DNA of 40,543 nucleotides, from sequence record SRR22947725_3392; one strand, given 5' to 3'. Made by a program: the position numbers and the translations under genes. The notes beneath the pieces are model-generated. The model made no database searches and was not told the DNA's origin. It was given only the letters and a program-made list of their open reading frames with translations. Of this stretch, positions 1-9,192 are shown piece by piece. Numbering within the stretch: position 1 is the first letter of the stretch; each line of letters opens with the position of its first letter.

Positions 1-732
1 GATGTACTTGAACTTCAAGATGTCGTCGGCCGATTTCACCATGGTGTCAAAGCGGTAGTTGATTTCCGCCTGACCTGCGGTGCCGACCTCGTGGTGAGAG
101 CGCTCCACGATCAAACCGGCATCGGCAAGCTTCAAGCAGATGTCATCGCGCAAATCGGCGATGTGGTCAACGGGGCTCACGGGGAAGTAGCCGCCCTTAT
201 ACGGGGTCTTGTTCGCCAGGTTTCCACCCTCTTCGTGACGCCCCGTGTTCCAGGCTCCCTCGATCGAGTCGACTTCGTAGAAGCTGCGATTCTGACGCAC
301 TTCGTAGCGAACATCGTCAAAGATGTAGAACTCCGCCTCAGGAGCGAAGAAAGCTGTGTCAGCGATACCCGTGCTGGCGAGATACTTCTCGGCCTTATGA
401 GCAACCTGACGGGGGTCACGGCTATAGATTTCACCGTTGCGCGGGTTGTAAATGTCAAAGAGCATGATCATTGTTTTTTCGTCGCGGAACGCATCCATGT
501 ACGCGGTGGTGACATCGGGAATCAACTGCAAGTCTGATTCGTGAATTGCCTGAAACCCGCGGATGGACGAACCATCGAAGAGCTGACCGACGGTGAAGAA
601 TTCTTCATCGACGGAGGCGGCGGGGATGTTGAAGTGCTGCTGGACGCCTGGCAAGTCAGTGAAACGAATGTCAAGGAACTTGACATCGTTCTTCTTGATG
701 TAGGCGAGTACTTCCGAAGAGTCTTTAAACAT
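1..732 (-). CDS. glnA: Glutamine synthetase type I (5' part, runs off the window start)
   Basis: Not in the ORF track; translated by hand from ATG at 732: MFKDSSEVLAYIKKNDVKFLDIRFTDLPG...FDGSSIRGF...APEAEFYIFD...KGGYFPV...ERSHHEVGTAGQAEINYRFDT. GGAG SD upstream. Confidence 0.97.
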   Translation of the reverse strand, partial: MFKDSSEVLAYIKKNDVKFLDIRFTDLPGVQQHFNIPAASVDEEFFTVGQLFDGSSIRGFQAIHESDLQLIPDVTTAYMDAFRDEKTMIMLFDIYNPRNGEIYSRDPRQVAHKAEKYLASTGIADTAFFAPEAEFYIFDDVRYEVRQNRSFYEVDSIEGAWNTGRHEEGGNLANKTPYKGGYFPVSPVDHIADLRDDICLKLADAGLIVERSHHEVGTAGQAEINYRFDTMVKSADDILKFKYI

Positions 733-788
733 TCTCTTCACTCCTATATTCGTGGGATAGAGGGGCCCGAGGTTTCGGACCTGACCCC

Positions 789-842
789 ACAGTACTGGGA
801 GGCAATTAACCGCGCGTTCCCGCAATGTTTCGGCAGTGTTAC
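789..842 (-). promoter_or_regulatory. GlnR-type box plus -10 element of the glnA promoter
   Basis: Minus strand reads GTAAC-n6-GAAAC-n6-GGAAC (842-816), matching the actinobacterial GlnR consensus GTnAC-n6-GAAAC; TACTGT -10 at 794-789. Confidence 0.85.
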
Positions 843-861
843 AGCCTTTTAGACTGAGACC

Positions 862-1257
862 ATGACATCACGCGAGAATGACTGGCCCGGCAAACGCTTT
901 GGGTTGCCCCAGGAGGGCCCCCGGTCCACACCGACGTACCTTCGAAGAGCCGCGGGACTCGTTGTGGATTGGGCCTTGTCGCTGGGGATTGCAGCGCTTT
1001 TCTTCAACTTCGAAGGGTTCGCGATCCTTCTGGTGTTTGTCGTTCTTTCGGCTCTCGGTGGCCTCTTCGCGGCGGGGTCGCCCGGTCACCTCGTTGCGCG
1101 CATACGTATTGCGCCGATCAAAGGCGGCGCGCTCGGCGTTGTCGCACCGATTGTGAGACCGCTACTCATCACGTTGGTACTACCCGCGGTGCTGGTGGAT
1201 TCGGATATGCGAGGGCTTCACGACCGGTTAGTCGGCACCATCTTGGTGGTGCGCTAG
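862..1257 (+). CDS. RDD family membrane protein
   Basis: WPGKRFGLP N-terminus, RR..G.VVDW motif, RGLHDRLVGT C-terminus; usual position divergent from glnA; TAGACT 6 nt before ATG. Confidence 0.88.
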   Translation: MTSRENDWPGKRFGLPQEGPRSTPTYLRRAAGLVVDWALSLGIAALFFNFEGFAILLVFVVLSALGGLFAAGSPGHLVARIRIAPIKGGALGVVAPIVRPLLITLVLPAVLVDSDMRGLHDRLVGTILVVR

Positions 1258-1961
1258 CGGGGTTTAGGCGCGCGAACTTTTGACGGGTCCATTCCCTTGG
1301 GAATAGGCATCGAATTGCCTTTGGAGAGCGAGGTGAGACGGTGAGAAACGGCGAGGACTTCAGCTTTACGCAGCTTGTTCTTGAAGGAACGCAGCTGCTT
1401 GTTCAGCTTGTAAAGGGGGGTGGAGTTCGCGTCTGTCCCGACGTGAATAAAGTGCACCGGAATTTCGGGAATCGCCCGTAAGACCGAGCGCCGTTCGTCT
1501 TCGAGCATCTTTTTGATCTTTGTTTGTGAGCCCTCGGCGATCAATACAACACCTGGCTTCCCCACCGCGCGATACACGGCCTCTTGGGTCCGGGGGTTCA
1601 CTGCTACCGGGAACTCGCTGGCCTGCCACGTGCGACGTAGGGCGCTGCGCAACACGGCACCGACCGCGCCGGGTTTGCCGGAAATCTCTTTATACGCCGC
1701 TTTTTCCGCGCGCTGACCCAAAATAATCAGGGTCACCAGCACCGACAACAGCAGTCCGGTAACGATGTACAGGATGAGGGTGAGGACACTGCCACCGCTG
1801 AGCAGCAGTGCCACCGTGATTCCTGCCCCCAAGGGCGCCAGGAAAGTGAGAATAAGGATGGGAACCAGGAGCTTGTCGGTCTTCCGGGTCAGGTTAAGGA
1901 CCTGCCACAGCTGCTTGATGCGGCCCGGCTCTTTTTCGACCTTCTTCTTTTTGTCAGCCAT
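1254..1961 (-). CDS. DUF4191 family membrane protein
   Basis: Two TM helices, RAEKAAY..I.GKPGA, VYRAVGKPGVVLIAEG, PIPKGMDP tail; conserved position between sucB and RDD/glnA. Confidence 0.88.
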   Translation of the reverse strand: MADKKKKVEKEPGRIKQLWQVLNLTRKTDKLLVPILILTFLAPLGAGITVALLLSGGSVLTLILYIVTGLLLSVLVTLIILGQRAEKAAYKEISGKPGAVGAVLRSALRRTWQASEFPVAVNPRTQEAVYRAVGKPGVVLIAEGSQTKIKKMLEDERRSVLRAIPEIPVHFIHVGTDANSTPLYKLNKQLRSFKNKLRKAEVLAVSHRLTSLSKGNSMPIPKGMDPSKVRAPKPR

Positions 1962-1968
1962 GGTTTCT

Positions 1969-3378
1969 CTACATTCCTAGATCGGCGTCAAAGTCGCCTG
2001 TTTCAAGGCGATCTTTGACCATGGTGAGGAATCGGGCAGCGTCGGCGCCATCCACGATTCGGTGGTCATAGGACAGGGCGAAGAAGACCGTGTTGCGAAT
2101 CGCAATCGAGTCATCACCGCCGTGGGTGACCACCACGGGCTTTTTCTGAACGATTCCGGTGCCGAGGATCGCGACTTGAGGCAGGAACACCACCGGGGTG
2201 TCAAAGAGCGCTCCGCGGGAACCAGTGTTGGTCAGGGTGAACGTTCCGCCGGCCAGCTCATCGGGGCTGAGATGGTTCGTTCGGGTGCGTTCTGCCAAGT
2301 CTGCGATATCGGCAGCAATGGCGGCGATGTTCTTGTCGCCGGCGTTTTTCAATACCGGAGTCAACAGACCGCGCTCAGTATCCACCGCAATCGAGATGTT
2401 CTCGGTGGCTGGATACGTGATCGTTTCGCCCTCGACCACAGCGTTAATAATCGGGTGCACCCGGAGCGCTTCAGCGGCGGCTTTGACGAAGAAGGGCAAG
2501 AAGCTGAGCTTCTGACCGGTGGCAGCCAGGAACTGATCCTTCACCGCGGTGCGCAACTCGGCGATTTCGGTGACATCGATTTCCACAACGGTGGTGAGCT
2601 GTGCGGTTTGTTGCATCGACGCAACAGCGCGCTCCGCAATCACTTTTCGTAGGCGACTCATCGGCACATTTGTTCCACGAAGTGCCGATGGCTCGACGGT
2701 CGTGGGGGCGGCTGCCGCTGCAGGCGCCACTGCCCCGGAGGCAGCAGCGACGATGTCTTCTTTACGGATGCGACCGCCCACTCCGGTGCCGGTAACCGAC
2801 TCAAGGTTGACTCCATGGTCGTTGGCAAGTTTGCGAACAATGGGAGTGACATAGGGCATGGACCGCGACCCACTGGGGCTTGCCTGGGGAACGCTCGGTG
2901 CTGGGGCGGGCACCGGAGGGGCGGTTGCTGCTGGTGGTAGGGGAGCCGCGACGGGTGCCGCAGGCGGGGCAACTGGGGCCGCGGGGGCTGCAGCGGGAGG
3001 AGGGGAAACCTCTTGAGGGGCTGGAACAGCGACAGGCTCAACAGCGGGCGTTGCTTCGGGCGCTGGAACCGCGGGCTGCTCGGCTGCAGGCTCCTCGACT
3101 GCGACAGCGGGTGCTTCCGCTGCGGGTGCGGCAGCGGCGCTGCCATCACCGATACGGACCAGGGGAGCGCCAACCTCAACAGTGTCATCTTCTGCGACAA
3201 GAATCGCTTCGATTACGCCGGCAATCGGGGAGGGGATCTCCGTGTCAACCTTGTCGGTGGAAATTTCGACTAATGGTTCGTCGACAGCAACGCTGTCTCC
3301 GACCTGCTTCAACCAGCGTGTGACGGTGCCTTCGGTGACGGATTCGCCAAGGGCTGGCAGATTTACTTCTTGACTCAT
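1969..3378 (-). CDS. sucB: 2-oxoacid dehydrogenase E2, dihydrolipoamide acyltransferase (SucB/DlaT)
   Basis: One lipoyl domain (EISTDKVDTE), Pro/Ala linker, E3-binding domain (VTPIVRKLA...GTGVGGRIRKED), catalytic SYDHRIVDGA. Confidence 0.95.
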   Translation of the reverse strand: MSQEVNLPALGESVTEGTVTRWLKQVGDSVAVDEPLVEISTDKVDTEIPSPIAGVIEAILVAEDDTVEVGAPLVRIGDGSAAAAPAAEAPAVAVEEPAAEQPAVPAPEATPAVEPVAVPAPQEVSPPPAAAPAAPVAPPAAPVAAPLPPAATAPPVPAPAPSVPQASPSGSRSMPYVTPIVRKLANDHGVNLESVTGTGVGGRIRKEDIVAAASGAVAPAAAAAPTTVEPSALRGTNVPMSRLRKVIAERAVASMQQTAQLTTVVEIDVTEIAELRTAVKDQFLAATGQKLSFLPFFVKAAAEALRVHPIINAVVEGETITYPATENISIAVDTERGLLTPVLKNAGDKNIAAIAADIADLAERTRTNHLSPDELAGGTFTLTNTGSRGALFDTPVVFLPQVAILGTGIVQKKPVVVTHGGDDSIAIRNTVFFALSYDHRIVDGADAARFLTMVKDRLETGDFDADLGM

Positions 3379-3425
3379 CTCGAGTGTTCTCCTTTTGAGA
3401 GTGTTAGGTGTCTCGGTTGATGTTC

Positions 3426-4799
3426 TTACAGCGCGTGGAGAGGCTTGCCGGCAATTGCCATGAAAGCCTCTCCCAGAGCTTCGTTTTGCGTGGGGTGAGC
3501 GTGGAGCAGTGGTGCGACATCTTCAGGATAAGCATCCCAGTTCACCGCAACCTGGGCTTCCCCAATCAGCTCACCCACGCGGGCGCCGATCATGTGAACG
3601 CCAATGATGGGTCCATCGATCTGGCGAATGACCTTGATTGATCCTGCGGTTTCCAAGATGTGGCTCTTGCCATTGCCGGCCAGGTTGTAGTCATAGACCG
3701 AGATTCCTTCGGCGCCGAATTCTTCGGTCGCCGCTTTCTCGGAATAACCCACTGAGGCAACCTCGGGCTCCGAGTAGGTGACCTTCGGGATGTTGCGATC
3801 CGCGACCACCATGGGGTTCAGCCCCGCGAGCTCTTCTGCGACGAAGATGCCGTGTTGGAAGCCACGGTGGGCGAGTTGAATGCCTGGAACAATGTCGCCC
3901 ACGGCGAAAACACCGGGGATGTTCGTCCGCAAGCGCTCGTCCGTGAGGACGAAACCGCGGTCCATCGTGACACCAACGGCTTCGAAGCCCATTCCTTCGG
4001 TCTTGGGACCGCGACCCACGGCAACCAGCATGATGTCGCCAGTCTCCACCGTTCCATCTTCGAGCGTCACCGTAACGCCAGTGTCGTCCTGTGTCGCGGA
4101 CTGAAAGCGCTTGCCAATGTGGAAGTTGATGCCGCGCTTGCGATAGGCGCGTTCAAACTGCTTCGAGATCGATTCGTCTTCTGCGGGAACCAGGTGGGGC
4201 AGACCCTCCACAATGGTGACCTCGGCGCCAAACGAGCGCCAGACACTGGCGAATTCCACGCCAATGACTCCACCACCCAGCACGATGACCTTGTTGGGAA
4301 TCCAGTCCATGGCCAACGCCTGCTCGGAGGTGATGATTCGCCCACCGATGTCGAGGCCTGGCAAAGACTTGGGATAGGAACCCGTGGCGAGGATCACGTT
4401 CTTGCCGACCACCGTGTCTTCGCCCACCGAAACCGTCGTGGGGGACACGAGCGTGCCGACACCTTCAATGGTGGTGATACCGCGTGCCTTGATAAGGCCC
4501 TGCAGCCCCTTGTGCTTCGAAGCAACGATCCCGTCCCGGTAAGCATTCACGGCAGGAAGATCCACCGACTCTAACGTGGCGCGAACACCAAACATGTCCG
4601 AATGCCGGGCAGAGTCGGCAACTTCGGCGGCGTGCAAGAGAGCTTTGGTGGGGATGCAACCCACGTGAAGACAGGTGCCACCCACCTTGTCCTTCTCAAT
4701 GAGGCCCACGCTCATTCCGAGTTGACTGGCACGCAACGCCGCGGCGTAACCTCCGCTTCCTGCGCCAAGAACGACAAGGTCAAAAGTGTGCTCAGCCAC
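3426..4799 (-). CDS. lpdA: Dihydrolipoamide dehydrogenase (E3)
   Basis: GAGSGG, GGTCLHVGCIP redox disulfide, GGGVIG, HPTQNE. Start moved to GTG 4799 (MAEHTFD), which has a GAGGGAG SD. Confidence 0.96.
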   Translation of the reverse strand: MAEHTFDLVVLGAGSGGYAAALRASQLGMSVGLIEKDKVGGTCLHVGCIPTKALLHAAEVADSARHSDMFGVRATLESVDLPAVNAYRDGIVASKHKGLQGLIKARGITTIEGVGTLVSPTTVSVGEDTVVGKNVILATGSYPKSLPGLDIGGRIITSEQALAMDWIPNKVIVLGGGVIGVEFASVWRSFGAEVTIVEGLPHLVPAEDESISKQFERAYRKRGINFHIGKRFQSATQDDTGVTVTLEDGTVETGDIMLVAVGRGPKTEGMGFEAVGVTMDRGFVLTDERLRTNIPGVFAVGDIVPGIQLAHRGFQHGIFVAEELAGLNPMVVADRNIPKVTYSEPEVASVGYSEKAATEEFGAEGISVYDYNLAGNGKSHILETAGSIKVIRQIDGPIIGVHMIGARVGELIGEAQVAVNWDAYPEDVAPLLHAHPTQNEALGEAFMAIAGKPLHAL

Positions 4800-4911
4800 T
4801 GGTGAAAACTCCCTCACAGGTGAATCTGGATAGGCCGCGTGGACGAAAACCGCAACGCGTCATGCGAAAAACAAGCCTACTACCCTCGACCCTTTTCTCT
4901 GCCAGGAGCTA

Positions 4912-6381
4912 CTAGCTCATCAACAGCGAAATGAGTGTGCGGGTGAGGGCTCCGGTGGGGCCCTTGGGGGTGTAGCCATAAGGACCCGATGAGTTTGCCG
5001 CAGGACCGGCAATATCGAGATGGGCCCAGGGAATCAGTTCCCCCGATTCGGTGGTTCCCACAAACTCTTTGAGGAACTGGCCAGCACTCAACATGCCGCC
5101 CAACGCTTCGCCCAGCTTCACGTTCGCGATATCAGCCACATCGGATTTCAAGTACGCCCGCATCTCGGGGGGCAGCGGCATGTGCCACACGAGTTCCCCC
5201 GCGTTGGTCGCTGCCTCCTGCACGAGACCAACGGCCTCATTGCTGCCCATGAGGCCTGCGTAGCGCTCACCCAGGGCCATGCGGGCTGCCCCGGTCAGGG
5301 TTGCGATATCAATAATCAGATCGGGCGAAAGCGCGCTTGCCGCTTGCAGACCATCGGCCATCACCAATCGCCCCTCGGCATCAGTGTTGAGGACCTCCAC
5401 CGTTTTACCACCCTTAATCGTAATGACATCGTTGGGTCGGGTTGCGGTGCCGCTGGGCATATTTTCTGCCAGACAGAGGTAGGTCGTTATTTCAGCAGGT
5501 GCGCCCATTTCGGCAGCAGCCAGGGTCGCGGCGGCCATGACGGCTGCGCCTGTCATGTCATATTTCATGCCCACCATCGCGGTGGGGGCTTTGAGGGAGA
5601 GACCACCGGAATCGAAAGTTATGCCTTTGCCCACCAGTGCCACATGGCGGGTGGAATTCTTCGGGGTATAGCGGAGGACCATCAGCCGAGGGGGGTTGAT
5701 GGATCCCTTCCCAACAGCGGAAATTCCGCCATATCCTTCCGCTTCGAGCCGTTTCTCGTCCAGAATTTCGAAGGTGAGGGAGGAGCCTTGTGTCCGTTTC
5801 TCGATTTCGGCAACGAACGAAACCGGGTTCAACAGGTTGGGTGGCGCGTTGACGAGATCCCGGACCATAAAAACCGCTTCACACCCGCTGACGACCCGGG
5901 CAAGGGCCTCTGATGACAGAGATCCAAGGAATGCGACCCTGGGGGAAGTGTCTTTTTCCTGTGAGGTGATTTTCTCAGTTCGGTAGGAGCCCAGTAGAGC
6001 TCCTTCGAGAATTGCTTGGGCTTGCGCCTCGTCACTGTGGGGAAGAGCGAATACCAACCGGGTGGGAGAATTCACGCTTTGAGCCGCGTAACCCGCAGCG
6101 GCTCTGAGTGCCTCCGCACTCGAGCCTGCCTCGCCCAGACCGGAAAACACGACGCTCGCCGCAGTCATGCCGTGGGGAGCGGGAACTCGCCAGGTGGAGT
6201 CCTTCGCTCCGTCAGCTTCAATGTGAGCAAGAGCCTGTGTCAGAGCTTCATAAACAGCTGGCGAAAAGCTATCTCCCAGCACGAGGGGCCCCTCTGCAGT
6301 CTTTGATACTCCGATGACAACAGTGTCTGTGGCCGTGAGGGATTCGAGCGAGGGTACAAGGGTGGGGGCGTGTAGGGGCAT
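4912..6381 (-). CDS. pepA: Leucyl aminopeptidase (M17)
   Basis: VGKGITFDSGG, MKYDM, NTDAEGRL, HLDIAG motifs. Confidence 0.95.
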   Translation of the reverse strand: MPLHAPTLVPSLESLTATDTVVIGVSKTAEGPLVLGDSFSPAVYEALTQALAHIEADGAKDSTWRVPAPHGMTAASVVFSGLGEAGSSAEALRAAAGYAAQSVNSPTRLVFALPHSDEAQAQAILEGALLGSYRTEKITSQEKDTSPRVAFLGSLSSEALARVVSGCEAVFMVRDLVNAPPNLLNPVSFVAEIEKRTQGSSLTFEILDEKRLEAEGYGGISAVGKGSINPPRLMVLRYTPKNSTRHVALVGKGITFDSGGLSLKAPTAMVGMKYDMTGAAVMAAATLAAAEMGAPAEITTYLCLAENMPSGTATRPNDVITIKGGKTVEVLNTDAEGRLVMADGLQAASALSPDLIIDIATLTGAARMALGERYAGLMGSNEAVGLVQEAATNAGELVWHMPLPPEMRAYLKSDVADIANVKLGEALGGMLSAGQFLKEFVGTTESGELIPWAHLDIAGPAANSSGPYGYTPKGPTGALTRTLISLLMS

Positions 6382-6475
6382 GGCATCATGCTAGCCATTC
6401 CCCGGACCCCATTTCCCGGTATCGCTGGAAGCGAAGTAGGCCGTAACGGCGTGGGTGGGGAAGTAGAGTTGGGAC

Positions 6476-7399
6476 ATGTTTGATGACCGGCTCTTTCGCG
6501 AAGCAATGGAGCTTTCGGACGTCCCCAAGGGACTGCCCTTAGTGGCTGGACTCACGGGCTTTGCTGACGCAGGGGGAGTCGTCACCCAAGTCAATCGTTA
6601 TTTGCTGGATGCGCTCGAGTCAGAGCGTGTGGGGACATTCAACAATGACCTCTTGATGGATTACCGCGCGAGACGACCAGTGTTTCAGTTCGAAGAAACA
6701 CACCTCACCTCCTACGAATCTCCGCGATTGAGCCTCGATTTGGTGCAGGACGAACTGGGGTCACCCTTTCTTTTCCTTTCCGGATATGAGCCCGATTTTC
6801 TGTGGGAAACAATGTCCCAGACCATCCTTGGGCTGATCGATTCGCTGGAGGTCTCGACCAGCAGCTGGGTGCACGCCATCCCCATGCCGGTTCCCCACAC
6901 CAGGAGCCTGGGCGTGACGGTCAGCGGTAATCGCGAAGACATCACCGATGCGCTTTCCGTGTGGCGCCCCACCACGGGTGTCCCCGGCACCCTGATGCAC
7001 CTCATTGAATACCGCCTCCAAGAGGCTGAGCACCCCACGGCAGGGTTTGTTGTTTTGGTGCCCCACTACCTCGCAGATACCGAATTCCCCGACGCTGCCA
7101 TCACGGCTTTGCAAAGTGTGACCAAAGCAACCGGGCTGATTTTTCCCACAGATAGTTTGCGCGAGTCTGGACGGGAGTTTTTGACGGGAATCGGCAAACA
7201 GGTCGAGGACAACACCGAGTTAGAGAAACTCATTGAATCCCTGGAAAAACGCCACGACTCCTACATGGAAGACAACGCCGTTCCGTCTCCTCTGATGGAC
7301 GCCGATGGCGAAGTGCCCAGTGCAGACATGATTGGTTCGGAGCTTGAAAACTTCCTGGCTAAGCGCCACCCCGGTGTGGCCGAGTCCACCGAAGACTGA
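6476..7399 (+). CDS. PAC2 / proteasome assembly chaperone family protein
   Basis: GFADAG, DYRARRP, GYEPDF.W, IPMPVPHTR, VPHYL motifs. Confidence 0.9.
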   Translation: MFDDRLFREAMELSDVPKGLPLVAGLTGFADAGGVVTQVNRYLLDALESERVGTFNNDLLMDYRARRPVFQFEETHLTSYESPRLSLDLVQDELGSPFLFLSGYEPDFLWETMSQTILGLIDSLEVSTSSWVHAIPMPVPHTRSLGVTVSGNREDITDALSVWRPTTGVPGTLMHLIEYRLQEAEHPTAGFVVLVPHYLADTEFPDAAITALQSVTKATGLIFPTDSLRESGREFLTGIGKQVEDNTELEKLIESLEKRHDSYMEDNAVPSPLMDADGEVPSADMIGSELENFLAKRHPGVAESTED

Positions 7400-7538
7400 C
7401 CAGCCACGCCAGGCTTTGGCCTGAACTCCAAGGTGCTCAACGCGTGCCATAATGGGAGAGAGCCCTGTGGGGTTCTTCGGGTGGAATCTCGAGGGACTTG
7501 ACAAGGGTTTTCTTACTGCCCGCTATCAGGATTGAAGC

Positions 7539-9188
7539 ATGGCCTCACAGACAGATAAACCCTCTTCCTCCTCTGAAGCGAGCAACAAAAGCGCTCCCGC
7601 AAAGCGAAGCTTCTTTGACCGGATCACCGGTCGAGCCTCGAAACCCTCTCCAGAACCTCAGAAAGCACGCGCCACGCCTGTGACCCCTCCCGCACAAAAA
7701 AAGACTTCCCCTTCGCCAAAAGCTGCTGCCAAGACGCCCGCCAAGAAGGCGCCTGTGACACAAAAGCCGGCTGCTAAGAAACCTGCGGCTAAAGCTGCTG
7801 CGGCGCCGGCGGCGAAGGCCGCAGCGAAGAAGCCTGTCGCCACGAAGGCACCCGCTTCGAAGACGGCGGCAAAGACTCCCGCGAAGAAGGCAGCCGTCAA
7901 GCCTGCAACGAAGGCCACCGCCACGAAGGCTCCAGCAACAAAAGCTGCTGCAAAACCCGCGGCAAAGGCCCCGGTCAAGAAGACGGCCGGAACAAAAGCT
8001 CCCGTTTCGAAAGCTCCCGCGAAGAAGGCGGCAAAAAAGCCTGCCGCCACGAAGGCCGTTGAAGCTGAAGAATCAACGCCAACGCCTGCGGGTGCCGATG
8101 CGGGCAAGGATGATGTTGCCGAAAAGCTGGGAGCAGACATTGTTGCCGGGCTCCAAGAGGTCTCTGAAGAGGAGGAAGAGGACACACCCGCGGTGGCTCT
8201 CCCTCTGGGGGCTCTCGTGCTTTCCAGCACGGATGACGACGATGCACCCATCATTTCGACCACGATTACCGGGGCGACTGCTGATCCGGTTAAGGACTAC
8301 CTCAAGCAGATTGGAAAGGTAGCACTCCTTAACGCGGAGCAGGAAGTGTCGCTCGCATTACGCATCGAAGCGGGTCTCTTTTCGGAAGAAAAGTTGTCTG
8401 CGATGACGGCGTCCCAGAAAACGACGAAACTTTCCCGCGAGCTTTATGAAATCGCCAAAGATGGCCAGCGGGCGAAGAACCACTTGTTGGGGGCAAACCT
8501 CCGCTTGGTGGTATCCCTCGCGAAGCGTTACACCGGGCGTGGGATGCAGTTCCTGGATCTCATTCAAGAGGGAAACCTTGGTCTGATTCGCGCGGTGGAA
8601 AAGTTTGACTACACCAAGGGTTTCAAGTTCTCGACCTATGCAACCTGGTGGATCCGTCAGGCCATTACCCGGGCGATGGCGGACCAGGCACGCACGATCC
8701 GTATCCCCGTCCACATGGTCGAGGTCATCAACAAACTGGCCCGTGTCCAGCGTCAAATGCTTCAGGACCTGGGACGAGAGCCCACTCCGGAAGAGTTGGC
8801 ACGCGAGTTGGATATGACGCCGGAAAAGGTTGTCGAGGTCCAGAAGTACGGTCGCGAACCCATCTCGCTTCACACGCCCCTGGGTGAAGACGGCGACAGC
8901 GAGTTCGGTGACCTGATTGAAGACACCGAAGCGGTTGTGCCTGCGGATGCAGTGGGTTTCACCATGCTCCAGCGCCAGCTCGAAGGGCTCCTCGAGTCAC
9001 TGTCCGAGCGCGAAGCGGGCGTCATTCGTATGCGCTTTGGACTGGGTGATGGAATGCCGAAGACGTTGGATCAGATTGGGGACACTTTTGGTGTGACGCG
9101 TGAGCGCATTCGCCAAATAGAGTCCAAGACGATGGCGAAACTTCGCCACCCCTCTCGGTCCCAGGCTCTGCGCGACTATTTGGAGTAA
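7539..9188 (+). CDS. sigA: Primary RNA polymerase sigma factor (SigA/RpoD/HrdB type)
   Basis: [59 protein letters not shown]; long basic N-terminal extension. Confidence 0.97.
   Translation: MASQTDKPSSSSEASNKSAPAKRSFFDRITGRASKPSPEPQKARATPVTPPAQKKTSPSPKAAAKTPAKKAPVTQKPAAKKPAAKAAAAPAAKAAAKKPVATKAPASKTAAKTPAKKAAVKPATKATATKAPATKAAAKPAAKAPVKKTAGTKAPVSKAPAKKAAKKPAATKAVEAEESTPTPAGADAGKDDVAEKLGADIVAGLQEVSEEEEEDTPAVALPLGALVLSSTDDDDAPIISTTITGATADPVKDYLKQIGKVALLNAEQEVSLALRIEAGLFSEEKLSAMTASQKTTKLSRELYEIAKDGQRAKNHLLGANLRLVVSLAKRYTGRGMQFLDLIQEGNLGLIRAVEKFDYTKGFKFSTYATWWIRQAITRAMADQARTIRIPVHMVEVINKLARVQRQMLQDLGREPTPEELARELDMTPEKVVEVQKYGREPISLHTPLGEDGDSEFGDLIEDTEAVVPADAVGFTMLQRQLEGLLESLSEREAGVIRMRFGLGDGMPKTLDQIGDTFGVTRERIRQIESKTMAKLRHPSRSQALRDYLE
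7680..8060 (+). repeat. Degenerate Lys/Ala/Pro/Thr peptide repeats (PAKKA / ATKAP) inside sigA
   Basis: Protein reads [66 protein letters not shown]; boundaries approximate. Confidence 0.85.
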
Positions 9189-9192
9189 GCCA

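Noticed and set aside
91-852. Plus-strand ORFs 91-537 and 541-852
   Set aside because: Antisense shadows of glnA, which has clear motifs on the minus strand.
2860-3140. GC-rich low-complexity stretch
   Set aside because: It is the ordinary Pro/Ala linker of the E2 subunit, not a DNA repeat element.
7498-7503. Perfect TTGACA -35 upstream of sigA
   Set aside because: No good -10 at 16-18 bp spacing; CATAAT at 7448-7453 and CAGGAT at 7527-7532 are alternative -10s, so no promoter can be assigned from it.
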